The notes beneath the pieces are model-generated. The model was given only the letters and a program-made list of their open reading frames with translations. It searched no databases and was not told where the DNA came from. A stretch of 64,000 nucleotides of DNA from the human T2T-CHM13v2.0 reference genome, Homo sapiens, in assembly GCF_009914755.1 (NCBI RefSeq), contig NC_060944.1; one strand, 5' to 3'. The position numbers and the translations under genes were made by a program. Positions 36,176 through 52,605 of the stretch are shown piece by piece (position 1 is the first letter of the stretch; every line of letters begins with the position of its first letter).

Positions 36176-39100
36176 ACTTTCGCAGAGAAGGTCAAATTAT
36201 GGTTTTATTTTTCAGAATAAGTGTTGCTAGCTACTGTATTACCAAAAACCCCAAAATTCCACTGGAGTAGCCCAACACGGGATTGGTTTTTTACTCAAAT
36301 TCCACTGCAGATGTTCCCATCCTGGCAGCTCTCATGGCTCTTCCAAGCAGAAACTCAGGGTTTGTGGCACAGTCCATCCAGTGGTTCTACCATCTTGAAG
36401 TCCTTCTCCCATAGCTACACAGAAAGCAGAGAAGGCAAGGGCATGGAATATTGTGTAGATCACTTTCTGATGAGGCCTGGAAGTGGTGTCTGTCCCAACT
36501 GTTCCCATCCCACTGTCCACATAAGTTACATGTACCCACTTGGATGCAAGAAGGATCCAGGTAATTAGGTTAGTGTTGTGCCTGAAATTCATATAGCCAC
36601 ATGTGGCTTGTGGCTGACTGTTGGACCCTGTAGCTCTAGAGGATTAAATGACAATCACCCAGAGTCTAATCCATAGATAACTATTGTTAACATTTCAGCA
36701 TATTTTTCTTTCTCTAGGTTACTTTGTATAGCAAAGATCATCCTATGTAGGCAATTTTATACATTGCTTTTTATACTTCCTGTTATATCAAACGTTTTTT
36801 CCTCAAAATCTCATTGGAAACATCATCTTCAAGGTGACCTATTATTACAGTATATTCCAAAGTGTACTTAATCATGCTGCTGCTCTTGGACACTTATGTT
36901 GATTCAAACCTTTCACTGTTGTAAGTAGTGACACCACAGACATCTTTGTACATTAACCTATAGGTTTTAGAGTTTTACCTAAATCTATACTTTTCAAGTT
37001 AACATTTCAAGTTCTTCTTTAGATGATTTTTCTCAGTGTTAGAAAAGTTATATAAAAGATTGTTTTCCAGAATGACAATATTTTTTACATGGTTATTTGT
37101 CCAGATTCATTCCTGAAGTTTTGGGACAGCTTTATGACACCCTCATATCCTGACCACAGGAAGCCCCATGAGGGCTGACATTGAGCCTTTCACATGTCTG
37201 TCTTCTTCATGGCACACAGTATGGGGCAGGCACATACTCAAGCCATGAAAAGCATGTTGAATAAATGGGAATCCATGTTTAGCTCTTCCATGGCCTTTGC
37301 ATTCACTTTCACCAGCAGTGAAAGTTACCTTTCATGAATTAGAGGGACACTTCAGGTCCAGGCTGAGACACGAGGGCATGAATAACCTCGTAATTTGGTG
37401 CCCCCCGAAACATATTTTTATTAAAAAAAAAACATTAATTCAGCATTTATTTTCAAGATGAGATAAATGCTTCGTGAGCAAAGGGTGGAGACGGGAGATT
37501 ACTGGTTCCTTCAGTAATGCAGTCTTCTCTTGTTATCAAGAAGTTCAGCTCTGAACTCAAACTTGCATATCATGGTCTGAACAAAAGCTTCGCAGTTAAC
37601 ACAACCTAACTTCCTTAAAAAATATTTAGTGGCTTTCTGTCTCTACTCAGTCATACGTGACAAGGATGCCAATGAAGATACTCCTCAGCCCAACTCAGAG
37701 TGCTGCATGCAGGGGTCTGATGAACCCGTTGGCAGTCCATCTGGTTTACTCCTCAGCTTGTTTCACTTCCCCATTGACCTCTTATCAAAGTTATGAGGAA
37801 TTAAAAATCAGAACTATCTGAATTTTAACTGCTTTTTGTCCCTCTGTTGAGGACTAGAAGACAATGGCTAAAAAACAGACATCAAAAAGAAGAAGAAAAA
37901 AAAAGCTGGGCTCTAAACAACCTGAAGAATTCATCCCTGAATAATATATTTTCACCAGGATGACTCTCCAGTGAGGGAGGGACAGGCAGGAGCAGAGAAT
38001 GAGAAACTTTCAATGTCCTTCAGATCCATGATGTTATTTCTTATTTTACTTTGATTAAAGGGGACAATCATAGAAGGTGAAATCAAAAACTTTCAAAACA
38101 AAACTAAAACTCACCCCAGAAGCAAACCAGTTTATCTTACTAACTTTGAAATCTTCCTGACTAGACATGGATATCAGGCCTGAAATTCCAACTCGATTCA
38201 GCACACCATAAATCATTCTCCTAATGATCTCTCCTCCTTTCCTCCCCTTCTGACACTTTCCCAATACTCTTTAGAGAACAAAAAAAATTAAACATTATTC
38301 TTCTATCAGTAATTCCCAGAGCTATGAAAGCATACTCTTTCCAGATCTCAATGTCTACTGACACGGTGACATCATGAAAACAAAAATTCAGGCTTTAGTG
38401 GATGTTTGGTCCAAATTCATGTTTTTCACCTGAAGATGACATAATTGGATCACTCTGGTCATTCTGCTGGAATTATACAAGGGCCACATTAAGTCTTGAA
38501 ATTGAAGATCTACTTTATCCTTGAAGTCAAGGGGGAAATGCAGGAGAAGAAACCACTCTGGCTTATTATGATCAATAGCCATGACATGCACAAGAGTCCT
38601 CTTGGGGGAGACTTGGTTAGGAAGACTTTGGAGAAAGGTGTGTCATGTTGTGTTTCCATCCAAATGCTGCTGTTTCTGTAATAAGTGCAAAAAAAAAAAA
38701 TCATTTTATGCTGGGGATACAAACATCCAATGCAGACCACTCTTTTGAAAGTAGAAAATCAGTAATATAATCAATAAACAGTTTATGAACTCCAGGGAAG
38801 TCAAGGAGATTCCATTTGATATATGGTGTGAGGTAGGGATTCAATTTTATTATTTGGCACATAGCTATATAGTTGTTTCAGCACCGTCTGTTGAAAAGGA
38901 GATTTCATTTTGAGCTTTAAAAATTCAATGGAAAAATTTCTGGTTAGCTTATTTTTCAGTAATAATCACAACCTAGGAACTACTAGGAAGCCATGATTTG
39001 GTTAAAGCTGTGAATGTTGCATTTCATAAGTAATGCTAACTTCCACTATTTGGAAAAGTTTATCTTGAGTCAAGACTAAAATGTAAATGAACAAGAAACA

Positions 39101-40208
39101 GGGAAGGATCAACCTGGTGAACTGAATCGGGGAGTGAGGGTCATAAAATCAGCCCCAGATCCTAGTGGCATGCTTTAATATTCTGCATTCTCCTTATTCT
39201 ACTCAAGTAGTTGCTCTCCTTCCTTGAGAGGGCATTTAATAAGGGAAGAATCCCTATGAAGAGAAGAACCCCAAATGCTCCCCACATCCTAAATCTTCTA
39301 ATCCTTCTAAGCTCTGCCCAAATACATCCTCACACTGCACATAATCTCTTTCCACATCCCTGCTGGCCCATCCACGTTCCTCCTTGTTTCACAGTTATTA
39401 ACCACATCTCTCTCTGCTGTTAGAATCTGAGTTTAAGACCTCATCCACTTAATGTCTGCCACTCACACTGCACCAGTATCCATCTGACACATAGAAGGAC
39501 ATTTTATTTGTTTAAATAGAGAATAAATTTTATTTTTTCAACTGCAGCAGCAAGCAATCCCTTTGTACATCAATAGCTCCTGAGATCTTTGCCATGTGTC
39601 AGCCCAGTTAAATAATTTATATTAATGGTGGTGATCCTGAGTCATTCAAGAAAAAGTTAAGTTAGATCTCATATCCTCTAGGATAAGCATCAAGTGTATG
39701 ATCTATTTCAAAGTGAAATATTTCATCAAAAATAGTTAAGGAACTAGCCTATAGAAAGGTAGACTTTAATTTTCCAGAAGCTTTTGCTTGTACAGACTAT
39801 GCTTCTTTGACTAATAATGTTAGATCAAAATAGTAACAGTATTTGGCCCAACCAAACAATGCCTTTTGGTTTGCTTGGAAGCTGGGGTTCCCAGAAAATG
39901 GCACTCTGAACCCAGACTACCTCACAGAGGGGGTTACAGGGGCCCCAACCAAGGGCTTCTTTCTTTCTCTAGCTCATCCTTCAGGTATCAATATAGATGT
40001 TGAACTGGGATTTCCCAAGCCTGGACCAGATGTCATGCCTGTGTTCAGCGGTTCTCATCAAAGTGCTTACCTTTACCCCTTGGTCTGAGTCTCCCCCTGG
40101 AGAAGTGACCTCCCTGAAGACAGGAACTGTGCTCCTCTATGCATTTATTATTTTGTTTGTGCCTAGCGCAGTGCTTGGCACTTGGAACATATTCCACAAA
40201 TATTTGTT

Positions 40209-40283
40209 GGATGGATGGATGGATGGATGGAGAGATGGATGGATGGATGGAGAGATGGATGGATGGATGGATAGATGGATGGA
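40209..40283 (+). repeat. (GGAT)n microsatellite
   Basis: Directly visible. Confidence 0.92.
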
Positions 40284-42929
40284 GGAACATGTGTGAGCAA
40301 AGAAGAACAGAGCAGTAGGGTGACTTGAGAAGAGAGTAGGGGGGCAAGCACAACAGCAAAAAGAATAGCTAGAATTCACTGAGCATCTACTCTGCACCAG
40401 GCACTGTAGGAACACTGTATTCGCATGGTCTCATCTAATCCTTCCAACGCCTATGTAAGGGAATGATTATTCTTTCAACCAGGGCTTATTATGCACCCAC
40501 TATATGCCAGGAACTTGTCAAGGCAATAGGGATTCAGAAGTGAACAAGGTAGACAAGACCTTTCCTCTTAGAGTATACATTGAGTGGGGAAGGATAGACA
40601 GTACATACGTGAACAAATGCCTGATTGCACTAACTTCAGAGGACATCTGCCTTATGCAGATGATGAGATGAAGTGATGTTTTAGAGAGAGAGGTGCAGAT
40701 GTCACTCTGTATTTACTGAACAGGAGATTAAGTTCTGTGTGGAGTCATGAGTGACAAGAGCCAGCCATGGGAAGAGAGGGGTGTGTGGCGAGCAGGGGAG
40801 CATTCTGAGAAGGAACAGTACTTGCAAAGGCGTCGAGGCAGGATGTGTCCTAGAACAGGAGACATGCTGGGCAGAGGTAGTGCAGAGTAAGGTGGGCAGG
40901 GGTCACACTGGGCCACCAAGACTGGTCACAGGGCTCAGGTTTCATGCTAAATCCAATATAGTTCTTAGCTCAGTTCTGCAGATTAGGAAACCAAGGCACA
41001 GCGGTTAAATCACACAGCCAGAAAGAGGCAGAGAGGAGTGCTTTCCTCAAAGCACTGACAACTATTGCCAAAGCAAATCATGCCACAGCAGTCACCCATG
41101 CATAACTCTGGGCTCAGAGGAGAAATTTCAGACCAGATCCATCCCTGAGTTTGAATCTTTGCTAAAAGACAGGGCAGGGTCTGCTTATTAATGCTTAGGT
41201 GGCTTCTTCAACTTTATATAAAGAAGTGAAGAGCTAGAAGGGGAGGAAATTCTGATCCCCAGTTTTCTATCCTAAAAGTACCAACAGGCATCATGGGGGC
41301 TGCACTCCTTGCTGTCCTGGGCCATGGTAACTGATATTTCTACAGGGATTTTCTGTCTGATGGTTGGAGGAACCTCTCTGGATCCTTTGTTCAGTCCCTG
41401 GTCCCTCCCTGGCTCTCTTTGGGTGTCTTCAAGTGGTCGATTCCTCATGCTCAGCCACACTGGGCAGGGTGGGGGACATCACCATGGAGCTCATGCCGAA
41501 ATGCAGACGTTATTTGGAAAAATAATCCCAGGTTCATGAAAAAGCAAATCTAGGGCTTATTTGCTTGAGAGCATTTTGATCTGCCCTCTTCTCCACCACA
41601 AGCTTTTCCTATGAGAGGCTTTATTTCCAAAACGACACTCAAAAGCCTCTTTCATGTAGCATGGTAGTGACCGCATGACATCTTTCTGCATCTCTGACAT
41701 CAGAACCGAGCAGCTACTGTGGGTTTAATGGCCCTCCTAACCTCACAAGGGACCTGCCAACAATTTTGAGCAATTTTTTCATCTCATCTAGATGGGATTT
41801 CCAAGTCATAATTATCTGATAATTACCATCCGGATGGCTGTTTTGTGCATGGCATTAGGTTTAAGCATTTGGCAGGGAAGGATGAATGCAGTTTTACAGA
41901 TTTTGACATTTCTTAATACTCTGTGGCTTGCTCAGAAGGCAGCTAGTTACCTAAGTGCCCAAAATAAGAAATCTTTCTAAAAGTCAAAGTTTGGAAAATG
42001 AGCACTTCTTGTTCCATTATGGTGATGAACGTCTGTTCCACAAGCTTTAAGAGAGCTGAGAAAGTCACCATGCAGGCTCCAGGAAGCCAGGGCAAAACTC
42101 ATATTTCTAGCTAGGGCTTAGAAATGTAAAATAAATCTGAGATGCAATGGAGGGAGGGTGTCTGTCTCTCTCTCTCCAAGCAAGAGACCACCAGAGTCCA
42201 GAAACAACAGAGACAAAAAGAAGAGCTGTCCAGAAATATTCTCACCCCACACTGTCTGCCTGGTTTATTCTTTCTTTGACAAAGTGTTAATTGAGTGCCT
42301 ACTATGTGCTATGCTGGTAACCACTGGAGATGGTGCAGTAAGCAAGACAGTCAGAGGCCTATGCTCCTGGACCTACAGCTATGGAAGGAGAGATTTGCAC
42401 AAGCAATTCCAAAACAAGACGTGATGCCTGCTCTCCTAAGGGCTGCCTATACAGAAGTTTAGGTAGTGTGTGGCAGTGATTGGGGGATCTGGAATGCTGG
42501 GGAGGAAATGACAGTTATTCTGAGAATCCAAGATTATCAGGACAAGCAGGTGGAGAGAGGTGAGAAAATTTATTTCCAAACAGAAATAAGAGCTTGTAGA
42601 ATACCAAGATATGGGAAAACTTGTTGCACTGAAGCACCCAAGGGCTGCTTCTGTGGCTGGGGGGAGTATGGGAGGGGTGAGGAGTTGGGGAACTGAAACA
42701 AAGTGGCAGAAATGAAACTAGAGACAGAGAAGCTGCATGGTAAAGGCCATGGTAATGGAAAGAATAAAGGGTACATGAGAAGGAGAGGTACGGTCATGTG
42801 TGCCTTTTAGAAAGGACGTTCTGACAATTCCGTAGAGAAAGCACTGGAGCCTGACAAGACTGATGGCAACAAGTTCAGCTACGGGGCATTTGCAGGAGAG
42901 AGAGAATAGGGTGATTGGATTAGGATGGT

Positions 42930-43390
42930 TGTATCTGTTAGCTATGGTTACCCTAATGCTAAGTAACAAAAGGCATGCATCCATTAGCGTATATATCTCA
43001 GTCATACCTTTGTGGCTGACAAGTGTGTGGCTGCTCTGGGCTTGGCTGCAGGCTTCATATGAGTCTGCTCCATGTGCCTCTCATTCTCTTTGGACCACTG
43101 GCTTCTCAAGACACAGTCTTCTCATGATGTGTCTCAAAGAAGACACATCATGTTTTGCTCTTCTCAAAGCAAGAGCACAAGAAGACGCACCCAGCTTCGG
43201 AAACACATTATGGATTCAGGCTCATATCAGGTCAGCTAACACCATTGGCCAAAGAGTATCACACAGCCAAGCCCCAAATCAGGAAGCAGAAAAATGCATC
43301 CACCCACCATGAGGCTATGGAAAGTGTGTGGACATAAAACCTATTACAGGGAGAGGAGGTGAGACCAGCAGTTCACTCTGCCTCCACAGT
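42930..43390. mobile_element. MaLR LTR (MLT1-type)
   Basis: tgtatctgttagctatggttaccctaatgctaagtaacaaa...; approximate. Confidence 0.5.
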
Positions 43391-43509
43391 AGCGGTAAAA
43401 CTGGAGATCAGTGGAAAGCTAAGCAAGAGACTACAGAAAAAAATAACAGGACCTGGCAATTAGTTTAACTTTAGCCCCTAAACAGCTGTTCATGCGGAAG
43501 TAAGTCGGG

Positions 43510-44200
43510 AAAGGCAAGGATTTTGTAAGCTATTGCAAACTTTTCAGGTGTTATTATAACTACGATTGAGGATTTTAGCAAGGCAATGGCATGATTCACT
43601 TTACATTTTAAGATTACACTGGATGCTCTTTCTAAATGCATAGGAGGCAAGAGTGGATGAGGGGAGACAGGTCAAGGAGCTGATGACAAAAAGAGATTCT
43701 TTTTAAGGAAGAATTAATAAGATTTTCTGACAGTTGTATGGAGAGAATGAGAAGGAGAATAATCATAAGTAACATGTGATTCTTTGCTTGGGCAACTAAG
43801 TGTATTGTGATGCCATTCATGGAGATGGGGAGACAAGCTGGGAGATGAGGAACACATTTAAGATGACATACCAAATGTTCCATTTAGGACAAATAAAGTT
43901 TGATATGTTTGCGGGTCACCTGAATGGAGATATTAAGTAGGTAGTGGAAATGATAGGTCTGAAGTTCAGAGGCAAGGTCTTGGTTGCAGATATGAATTCG
44001 GGAGTCAAGAGCATTAACTGCAAGTAACAACGTAAGAAGGTAAGTGTAGATAGAGGAGAGGGCCTAGAACATGTCGTGATGTTGGATGGGGGAAGAAACA
44101 AACATTCACTGAAGGAGACTGAGGAAGGGCCAGCCAGGGACAGGCAGAATCAGAAGAAAGGGGGCCACACAGCCAGAAGAAAGTTACAAGGATGTTGGAG
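43510..44200 (-). mobile_element. L2 remnant
   Basis: ttttaagattacactggatgct..., atgaattcgggagtcaagagcat; approximate. Confidence 0.55.
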
Positions 44201-44586
44201 CAGCCAAGTATATCAGACCTTGTCCAAGGTCCTTCTTCTAAGGCCAGCGCTTTCAACCAACCATCACCTCCTCCAAGAAGCCTACCCTCAGCCAAATTTA
44301 GTACCTGTATGACAGCATGGGGGTATATTCTATGATGTGTATGCCTCCCCCTTAACTCCCTGAGGGCAGAAACTGTATCTTACTCAACTTGTGCTCCTTA
44401 ACACCTAGCAGAGGGCTTTCTGTGGAATGAATCAATGAACCCATCAGTTCTTGATGTCTCCCACGTCTTTCATTCTCACCTTGTATGGCAACCATTCCGA
44501 ATTCAGGCTCCCAGCACCAGGACACTGCTCCCTCTGCTAGAACCAGTCTTCCCTTTTCTGCAAATTCCTTCCCACGCCCCCAGGGA

Positions 44587-44722
44587 CAGTAGGGTGCTGG
44601 AGCCAACTCATATAGCCTCCAGAGAAGCTATCATGTGCAGCTCTTCATAGCTTCCTCTGGCGATGCCACGTTGGTAGCTTGAAATCAGCCATGATGGCAG
44701 TATTTACACCACGGAAACAGGA
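44587..44722. mobile_element. MER63-like hAT fragment
   Basis: acgttggtagcttgaaatcagccatgatggcagtatttacaccacggaaa. Confidence 0.6.
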
Positions 44723-45487
44723 CCGTGTCAGAAGACCACTGCTAGGGTCTCCTACAATCTATCCCCACAGGACCTAGATAGGTAACTTGGGGATAATGTG
44801 GTGATGTCTTAATGAACGAGGCTTCTCAAGGTTATTCAAACAGAGCTCCTGGGAGCAAAAGTATCACCACCCAATCCCCTTGATCTTGACCATTGTGTTT
44901 CAGGCTCTATGTTAGGAAAATTAGGTGATGCCTGAGGGAAGGAAGGGTTCTTCCAGATCCTACTGTGGAAGGGCTCACCTGGAAAGCTGAATCAGTCTCT
45001 CTGTTCATCACAGTTTAGGTCCCTCAGAAACTATTCATTTCTAAGAGGAGGATCCAGGGTGAAGAGTTTATTGAGGGGGAGCAGTATGAGAGTGGAGAGG
45101 AAGAAGGAGGGAAGGCAGCCCACAGCGGCTGTGCTAGCAAGACTATTACCACAGTGGGCAATCAGGGCTGACTCCCATAGTGGGAGCTCTGGGAAACAGA
45201 GGACAGCCTCTGTCTCAGAATGACTCCATCCGAGGGGCAAGGGAGCTGGGGGGTTTATTCACCCACTCCTCAGAGTCACTGGTGGAGAACAGCTTCTAGA
45301 ATTGTTCATTTCTTGGCACTTCTTTGGTTTAGGAGAAAGTCCTAAGGCAACGAGGCAGGAATGGCTGTTGGGAGGCAGCTGGCACCCACCAAAATAGCAC
45401 CTCAGGGAGATGGGGGGATGTGGGTGAGTACTGCTGGCAGCTGCTGCAGGGGCATCTGTGATTCTTAAAGTTCATTCAGGACTCTTA

Positions 45488-45703
<216 letters not shown>

Positions 45704-46963
45704 CTAGGCAGGAAAGGTCCAGATGCACTTCTGAGGGCTCTTAGAGGGTAAAGGGAGGCTTTACCCTGGCTTTCTGCTGTGCCTGGCAGAGTACAACAAA
45801 AAGTGAGAATTTAGGGTCCAAAGTCCAACTCTAAATGCAGACCTGACCCCTCACCAGCTTCGTAAACTTGACTAAGTGGTTTAACCTGTCTGAGCCTCAG
45901 TTGTCTCATCTTTCAAATGGGGAGAACAAAACCCACTTTGCATATTTCATGAGTGGCCACCAGAACTAAATGCACTATTGTACTAAATGACTAAAGGACT
46001 TAGGGATGCAACTGTCATTAAATTGCTTCTTTTCTGTGGGCTGGGTCACTGTCTTACCTCATTTAATTGTTCAAACAAAGAGATTGCCACCCAGTGATAT
46101 TTTACAATGTAAAGCCACAGCTGGGAACATCCATTTGGAAACTACACCCAAACAAGTGTAAAACTACCCAAATAAGAAAATGTGAAATGACATGCCACAT
46201 ATGTTCCAAGTTAGAAATAAATTAGCAAAAATCCAGGGGCTTCTTATTTTTCCTAAAGGAATTTGTTGGTTGGGTCAAGCTGACCACAAACTAGAGAGAG
46301 ATTTTAAACTGTAGTATTAGGGAAATCAGAATCTTTTAGGGTGGGGGTGTTGGCTCTCCAAAGGTAATAGGGTTCAAAGAACTGTTTTATGAGCAGCAAG
46401 TATGCATGAAACTTGGTATGAATGAGTATCTGTGTCTGCATCCGTACTAAAAAATATACATGCACTGTGGGCTAAATCCCTGTTGACTTTGGAACTAGCC
46501 ACCCTCCTGTTTCCTCCACAACAACTGCCAAGAGGGAATTAGAGAATGAAAATGCATGCTTCTTAAGGCAAGAAATGAAAACAGCATTAAATGTCAGGAC
46601 TGAACAATCTGAGATGTGCCTCACATGCTCTCAGATCAGCATTGCCTTGAAGATTTTCTGCATTGGCACTTAATGTTCCTTGCGTCTTTGAGGCAGGGAG
46701 GAGGGAGATGATCTAGTTCAACACTGTGCAGGCCTGTCCAAAGGTCATTCACGGATGAGAAGGGTTTGGTGATATCATTTGGCTTAGCATGCCTCAAGAA
46801 AGTGTTTTACTGCCTTCAGGGAAAGTTACTGGGATGATGAAAATGTTTTTTATTTTTGTTGAAGTGTGGGTTACATGAGTATAGGTATTTGTCAAAACTC
46901 ATCCAGTAGTAAGAACACTTAAGATCTGTGCATTTTACTCTATGCAAATTATGCCTCAATTAA

Positions 46964-47980
<1,017 letters not shown>

Positions 47981-47994
47981 GCAGATGCTCATTT

Positions 47995-48293
47995 TGTTTG
48001 TTTGTTTGGGGTAGGGTTTTGCTCTGCCACCCAGGCTGGAGTGCAGTGGTGGGATCACAGCTCACTGTAGCCTCGACCTTCCCAGCTCAAGTGATCCTCC
48101 CACCTCACCCTTTCAAGTAGCTGGGACTATAGAGACACTCCAACAGAACTGGCTAATTTTTATTTTTATTTTTTGTAGAGTTGAGGTCTCACTATGTTGC
48201 CCAGGCTGGTCTTTAACTCCTAGATTCAGGCAACCCACCTACATCACCTTCCCAAAGTGCTAGAATTGCAGGCATAAGTCACCACGCCTGGCC
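47995..48293 (-). mobile_element. Alu (AluJ-like), antisense
   Basis: Reverse Alu; TSD CAGATGCTCATTT. Confidence 0.9.
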
Positions 48294-48759
48294 CAGATGC
48301 TCATTTAAACATACAGTATGTGGAGCCAGGGACTGGAGGGGTGAGGGAATTAGGTGCTAGAGTGAGGAAAAACTCACGAGCCAGGCATCTGCCCTCTGAG
48401 CATTTGGACCTGCTGGTCTGGTAAGAACATGCCCCAACCCAAGCACAAGCAGGACGACATCAGCACCATAGGGACAATAGTGAACTTGGAAGAGGCAAAA
48501 GGACTTATGGCAGGATGGGCAGAGTAGAGGTGGGAAGGAGGTGAGACCCCCACCTAGCTAGACCGAAAGTCCCAAAGAGGGCACAGGAGTGTGCTTAAGG
48601 TGCTGACTACAGAGAAGGGGTGCTAGGATATGAGACAGTGACATGAGGTCCTTAGCAGAGCTCCTGGCCCTCCTCGATCTTCATTAATGGCTAGCCTGTC
48701 AGGAAGGAGGAGCCCTACAGGCCTCTTTTCATTTTGCTTTTGAATTATAAAAGTAATAC

Positions 48760-49170
48760 ACATTAATAGCCCAAAACTGGAAGTGGCCCAGATGTCCATC
48801 AACAGGAGCATAATTAAACACACCGTGGCATATTTACACTGCTGTAAAAATAAATGAGCTGTTGATGCAATGAAAACATTGAAGGAGTCTGTAAAAATGA
48901 TGCGGATATAAAAGAGTACACGCTGCAGGATTCCATTGCTATGAAGCTCTAGGACAGGCTGAACTGCCTTGTGGTAGAGAAACAGGGCAGTGCCTGCCTC
49001 AGGCAAGGCTTACAGAAGGGCACCCGAGAACTTTCTGGAATGACAGAAGTGTTCTGAGCCATGGTAGAGTTTGAGTTACATGGGTGTATGCATTTCTCAG
49101 AACCTGTTGAATGGTACAATTTTGTGGTGGGAATTTTACCATGTAAAATGGCATCTAAGAATAAAAGACC
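48760..49170 (+). mobile_element. Old L1 3' fragment
   Basis: aatagcccaaaactggaagtggcccagatgtccatcaac...; approximate. Confidence 0.6.
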
Positions 49171-49986
49171 CATGAACTGTGAATGAACTCTACTTAATGA
49201 GATGCAGGCAGGAGTGCTGAGGGGTGAAATGGCCTGGTCTCTGCAGTTTACTTTGAAGTTCCCACAAGCACACGTGGACATGCCCTGCTCTTAAAAAAAT
49301 AAGATGGTATAATTCTTCCAACTTTCCTGAATGCTTGAAAACTTCCATAGCAGCATGCTGGGTTTAAAAACACTACATAGACTCAAAATAATTTAAGTAA
49401 AGTGGGGAAGGGAGAGAGAGTACATTGGGCAGAGACCACATTGCTTCTGGAACATTATCCAGGGAGTGGCATCCGGGGTCTCTCTGCTTCCAACCTCACT
49501 CTGACCAGTCCCCGCTGCCCCACAGAACACTGGCCTCCTTATAATGCATATTCCAAATGAGACTTCATGGACATGCCTTATTCATTCATCAATTACGTTT
49601 TAAGCACGTGGTCTGTGCCCAGCCCTGTGCCAGGTGGAGGGTAAAGTCAGACGTGGTTCCTACCCTTGCGGTGTCTGTAATCTAGTAAGCTATTGTTCAG
49701 TGATAGGTTTAGAAAAGAAGCAGCCTCGGGTGCAAGGAAGTGGACCCAGCCCCCAATTATTCAGAAGGTATTACACACCAGGCCCTGTTCAACAGTTTTA
49801 ACGTGGATTAATTCAGTTCAACCTCATAAGCACCAACAAAGCAGGAACTGTATTATCCCCATTTTACACTTTGAAAAACTGAGGCTTAGAGAAGTTCAGT
49901 TACCCATCCATGATGATACAGCAAGTGAATGACCAAGAAGAGATTCAAAACCCAGGAAGTTAGCTCTGGAGTCCATGCCTTAAACC

Positions 49987-50161
49987 AGAGGGTTGCAAAC
50001 ATTTTCTACAAGGGGCCAGAGAGGAAATATTTTAAGCCCTGTGGATCATGCTGTCTCCATCAAAACCACTCAGCTCAGCTGCTGTCGTGTGAAAATAGCC
50101 ATTGATGATACATAAATGAATGAACTGAGTTCCAATAAAATTTTATTTACAAAGACAGGCT
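49987..50161. mobile_element. MER58A-like fragment abutting an Alu
   Basis: cagagggttgcaaacattttctacaaggggccag...ttccaataaaattttatttacaaa. Confidence 0.65.
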
Positions 50162-50476
<315 letters not shown>

Positions 50477-52064
50477 GAGGCAATGGCAATGACTCCTGCC
50501 CCAAACCATCCATAGCTGCAGCAGCTGGGAGATGTTTGAGCTGGGCCAGAAGGCAGCTGAAGGAGCCCTCATTCCTGCCTGTCACATCCTGGTGGAAGTA
50601 CAAGGGTCAGACAGCAAGGAGTAAATACAGGCTTTGAGAGCCCAGGTCTCTAACAATGAAAACACAAAAATACACCCCTGGGTGTGTGTAGTAGTTCATG
50701 ACCAAAGGAAGGCCATAGAGAAAAAGGTGAGAAGTTAAAAACACAGAAACTCCACAAAAGAGTGAGTTGCCTTTGGCCTCTGGAACCAGATTTAGAATTT
50801 CAGCCACACTGTTCTTCGAGATTTCATGTGAACATAGGAAGAGTAAAGTTCAAAAGCTTTGGTTTAACAGGATTCCTTTTGAAAATGTTTGGCCAAAGGG
50901 AATTTTCCTGCTAGGAGCTTTGCTGTCACTGGCTCTTGGTTTCTTAAGGGCATGAAATCACTTTACTAAGTTCTTGTTGCTGACAAGGGTTTGACCCTGG
51001 AGCTCAGAGGGCAAGCTGTGCTGGAAATGCATTGCCCCTCTTAGAAGATATCTGTATGCACAGTGCTGAAAGTTAAGAGCTCAAAAGGATTCCTGAGTGT
51101 TTATCTACAGTTTCACATCTACCCAAGGGTGACTGAGGATAGCTCCAAGAGCCTCTTCCTCTCTCCTAGGGGTTGCCATCTTGCTCTGAGGAGCCCATCT
51201 CTCCCATTCAACATTGACCAGAACACAGGGGATTATCATAGTCAGTGTGGACAGAATATTTGGAGGAAGAAAATCTTCAGTACAACCCATTTGCGATGCA
51301 GTCTTGTATGCTGGCCTCTTTATACCAACCCAGCTGATGAAAGTAGGAAAGTCTATCCGCAGTCAGGTTGAGTGTGTGCATGAAGTTAAGCCACCAGCTG
51401 GACTGCGACGGGGCCGATCTGCCATTTTTCCACACTGAATTAACCAGGTTAAGCCATTGCTCTAGTGTCACAGAGATATGACTTGAGTCTTCCTTTATTC
51501 TCGGGAAGGCATTTGGTGGCAGGGAAGCATGTTCCAGCTGGGGGCCAGCAAATGGTTGACTCACAGGGATTGCAAGTCACGAGAGAAAGAGTCCAGCTCA
51601 ATCCCTCTGTGACAGGACATCATTAAGTCACATCTTCACAGAAAGGGTTGGCTGTTTAGGGCGTATGGTGTCCCTATTTTCTGTCCTGTCAGAAAATAAA
51701 CCTGACACACCCACCTATGGAGACTCCTTCCCATATGCACACTCCAGTAGTGAACTGGTGCAGTCATGCCAAGAGGTACCTTAAACCCTGTCAGAAGGGC
51801 CCAGAACCACTCCTACTCGATAATTACCACTTAGTTGTCTAACAGAAACAATGCACAAATCAACCAGCCTCACTTTCCCTTCCCAAGAACGTAGAGAAGC
51901 TTTTCACTCCCTGCAGGAGAGTGTACATTGGTTGGGGTCTGTAGTCCTCAAACCTGAATGCACACAAGCATTTCCAAGAAAACATGTGAAAAATGAATGT
52001 CAAGATCCCTTCCACAGAACCCTTGGAGAACAGAAGTGGATCTGAGCTTTATGCTTTCTCTAAA

Positions 52065-52250
52065 TCATTGGTTCTTAAACTTTCCTGTGCATCAGAATCA
52101 CCTGAAGTTAAAGCACAGATTCATGGGCCCTGCCCCAGGGTTTCTGATTCAGGAGTTCTGGGTGGGGCCTGAGATCCTGCATTTCTAACAAGTTCCCGAG
52201 TGCTGCTGCCGCTGCTGGCCCCAAAACCACCCTCTGAGAACCACTGCTCT
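52065..52250. mobile_element. MER5A-like hAT element
   Basis: ggttcttaaactt...gcatcagaatcacctg...tgagaaccactg. Confidence 0.75.
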
Positions 52251-52377
52251 AAGGAATCTCTTCTATTTTGGGGCAGCCGGCCTCATGACTTTGGTCAAAG
52301 GCAGAAGCAGTGTCTTCTCTACATCATGAAAGAAACTATTTGGCCTTTGTCAGCCAAGTCAGCACCCCAGTACTCTC

Positions 52378-52590
52378 TACCTGCTCTGCTTGATATTATA
52401 GCCACAACCACATGTGGCTCTTTAAATGTAAATTTGGTTAAAGATGAGATTAAAACTGTTTTTTTTTTCAGTTGCATGAGACACATTTCAAATGCCCAAC
52501 AGCCACCTGTACCTAATGGCTACCATGTTGGAGAGCACAGATATAGAACTTTTCCATCACCACAGAAAGTTCTGCTCATCAGTGCTATTC
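52378..52590. mobile_element. MER3/MER33-like hAT element
   Basis: tagccacaaccacatgtggct...acagatatagaactttccatcaccacagaaagttct. Confidence 0.65.
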
Positions 52591-52605
52591 TATAGAAACT
52601 CCAAG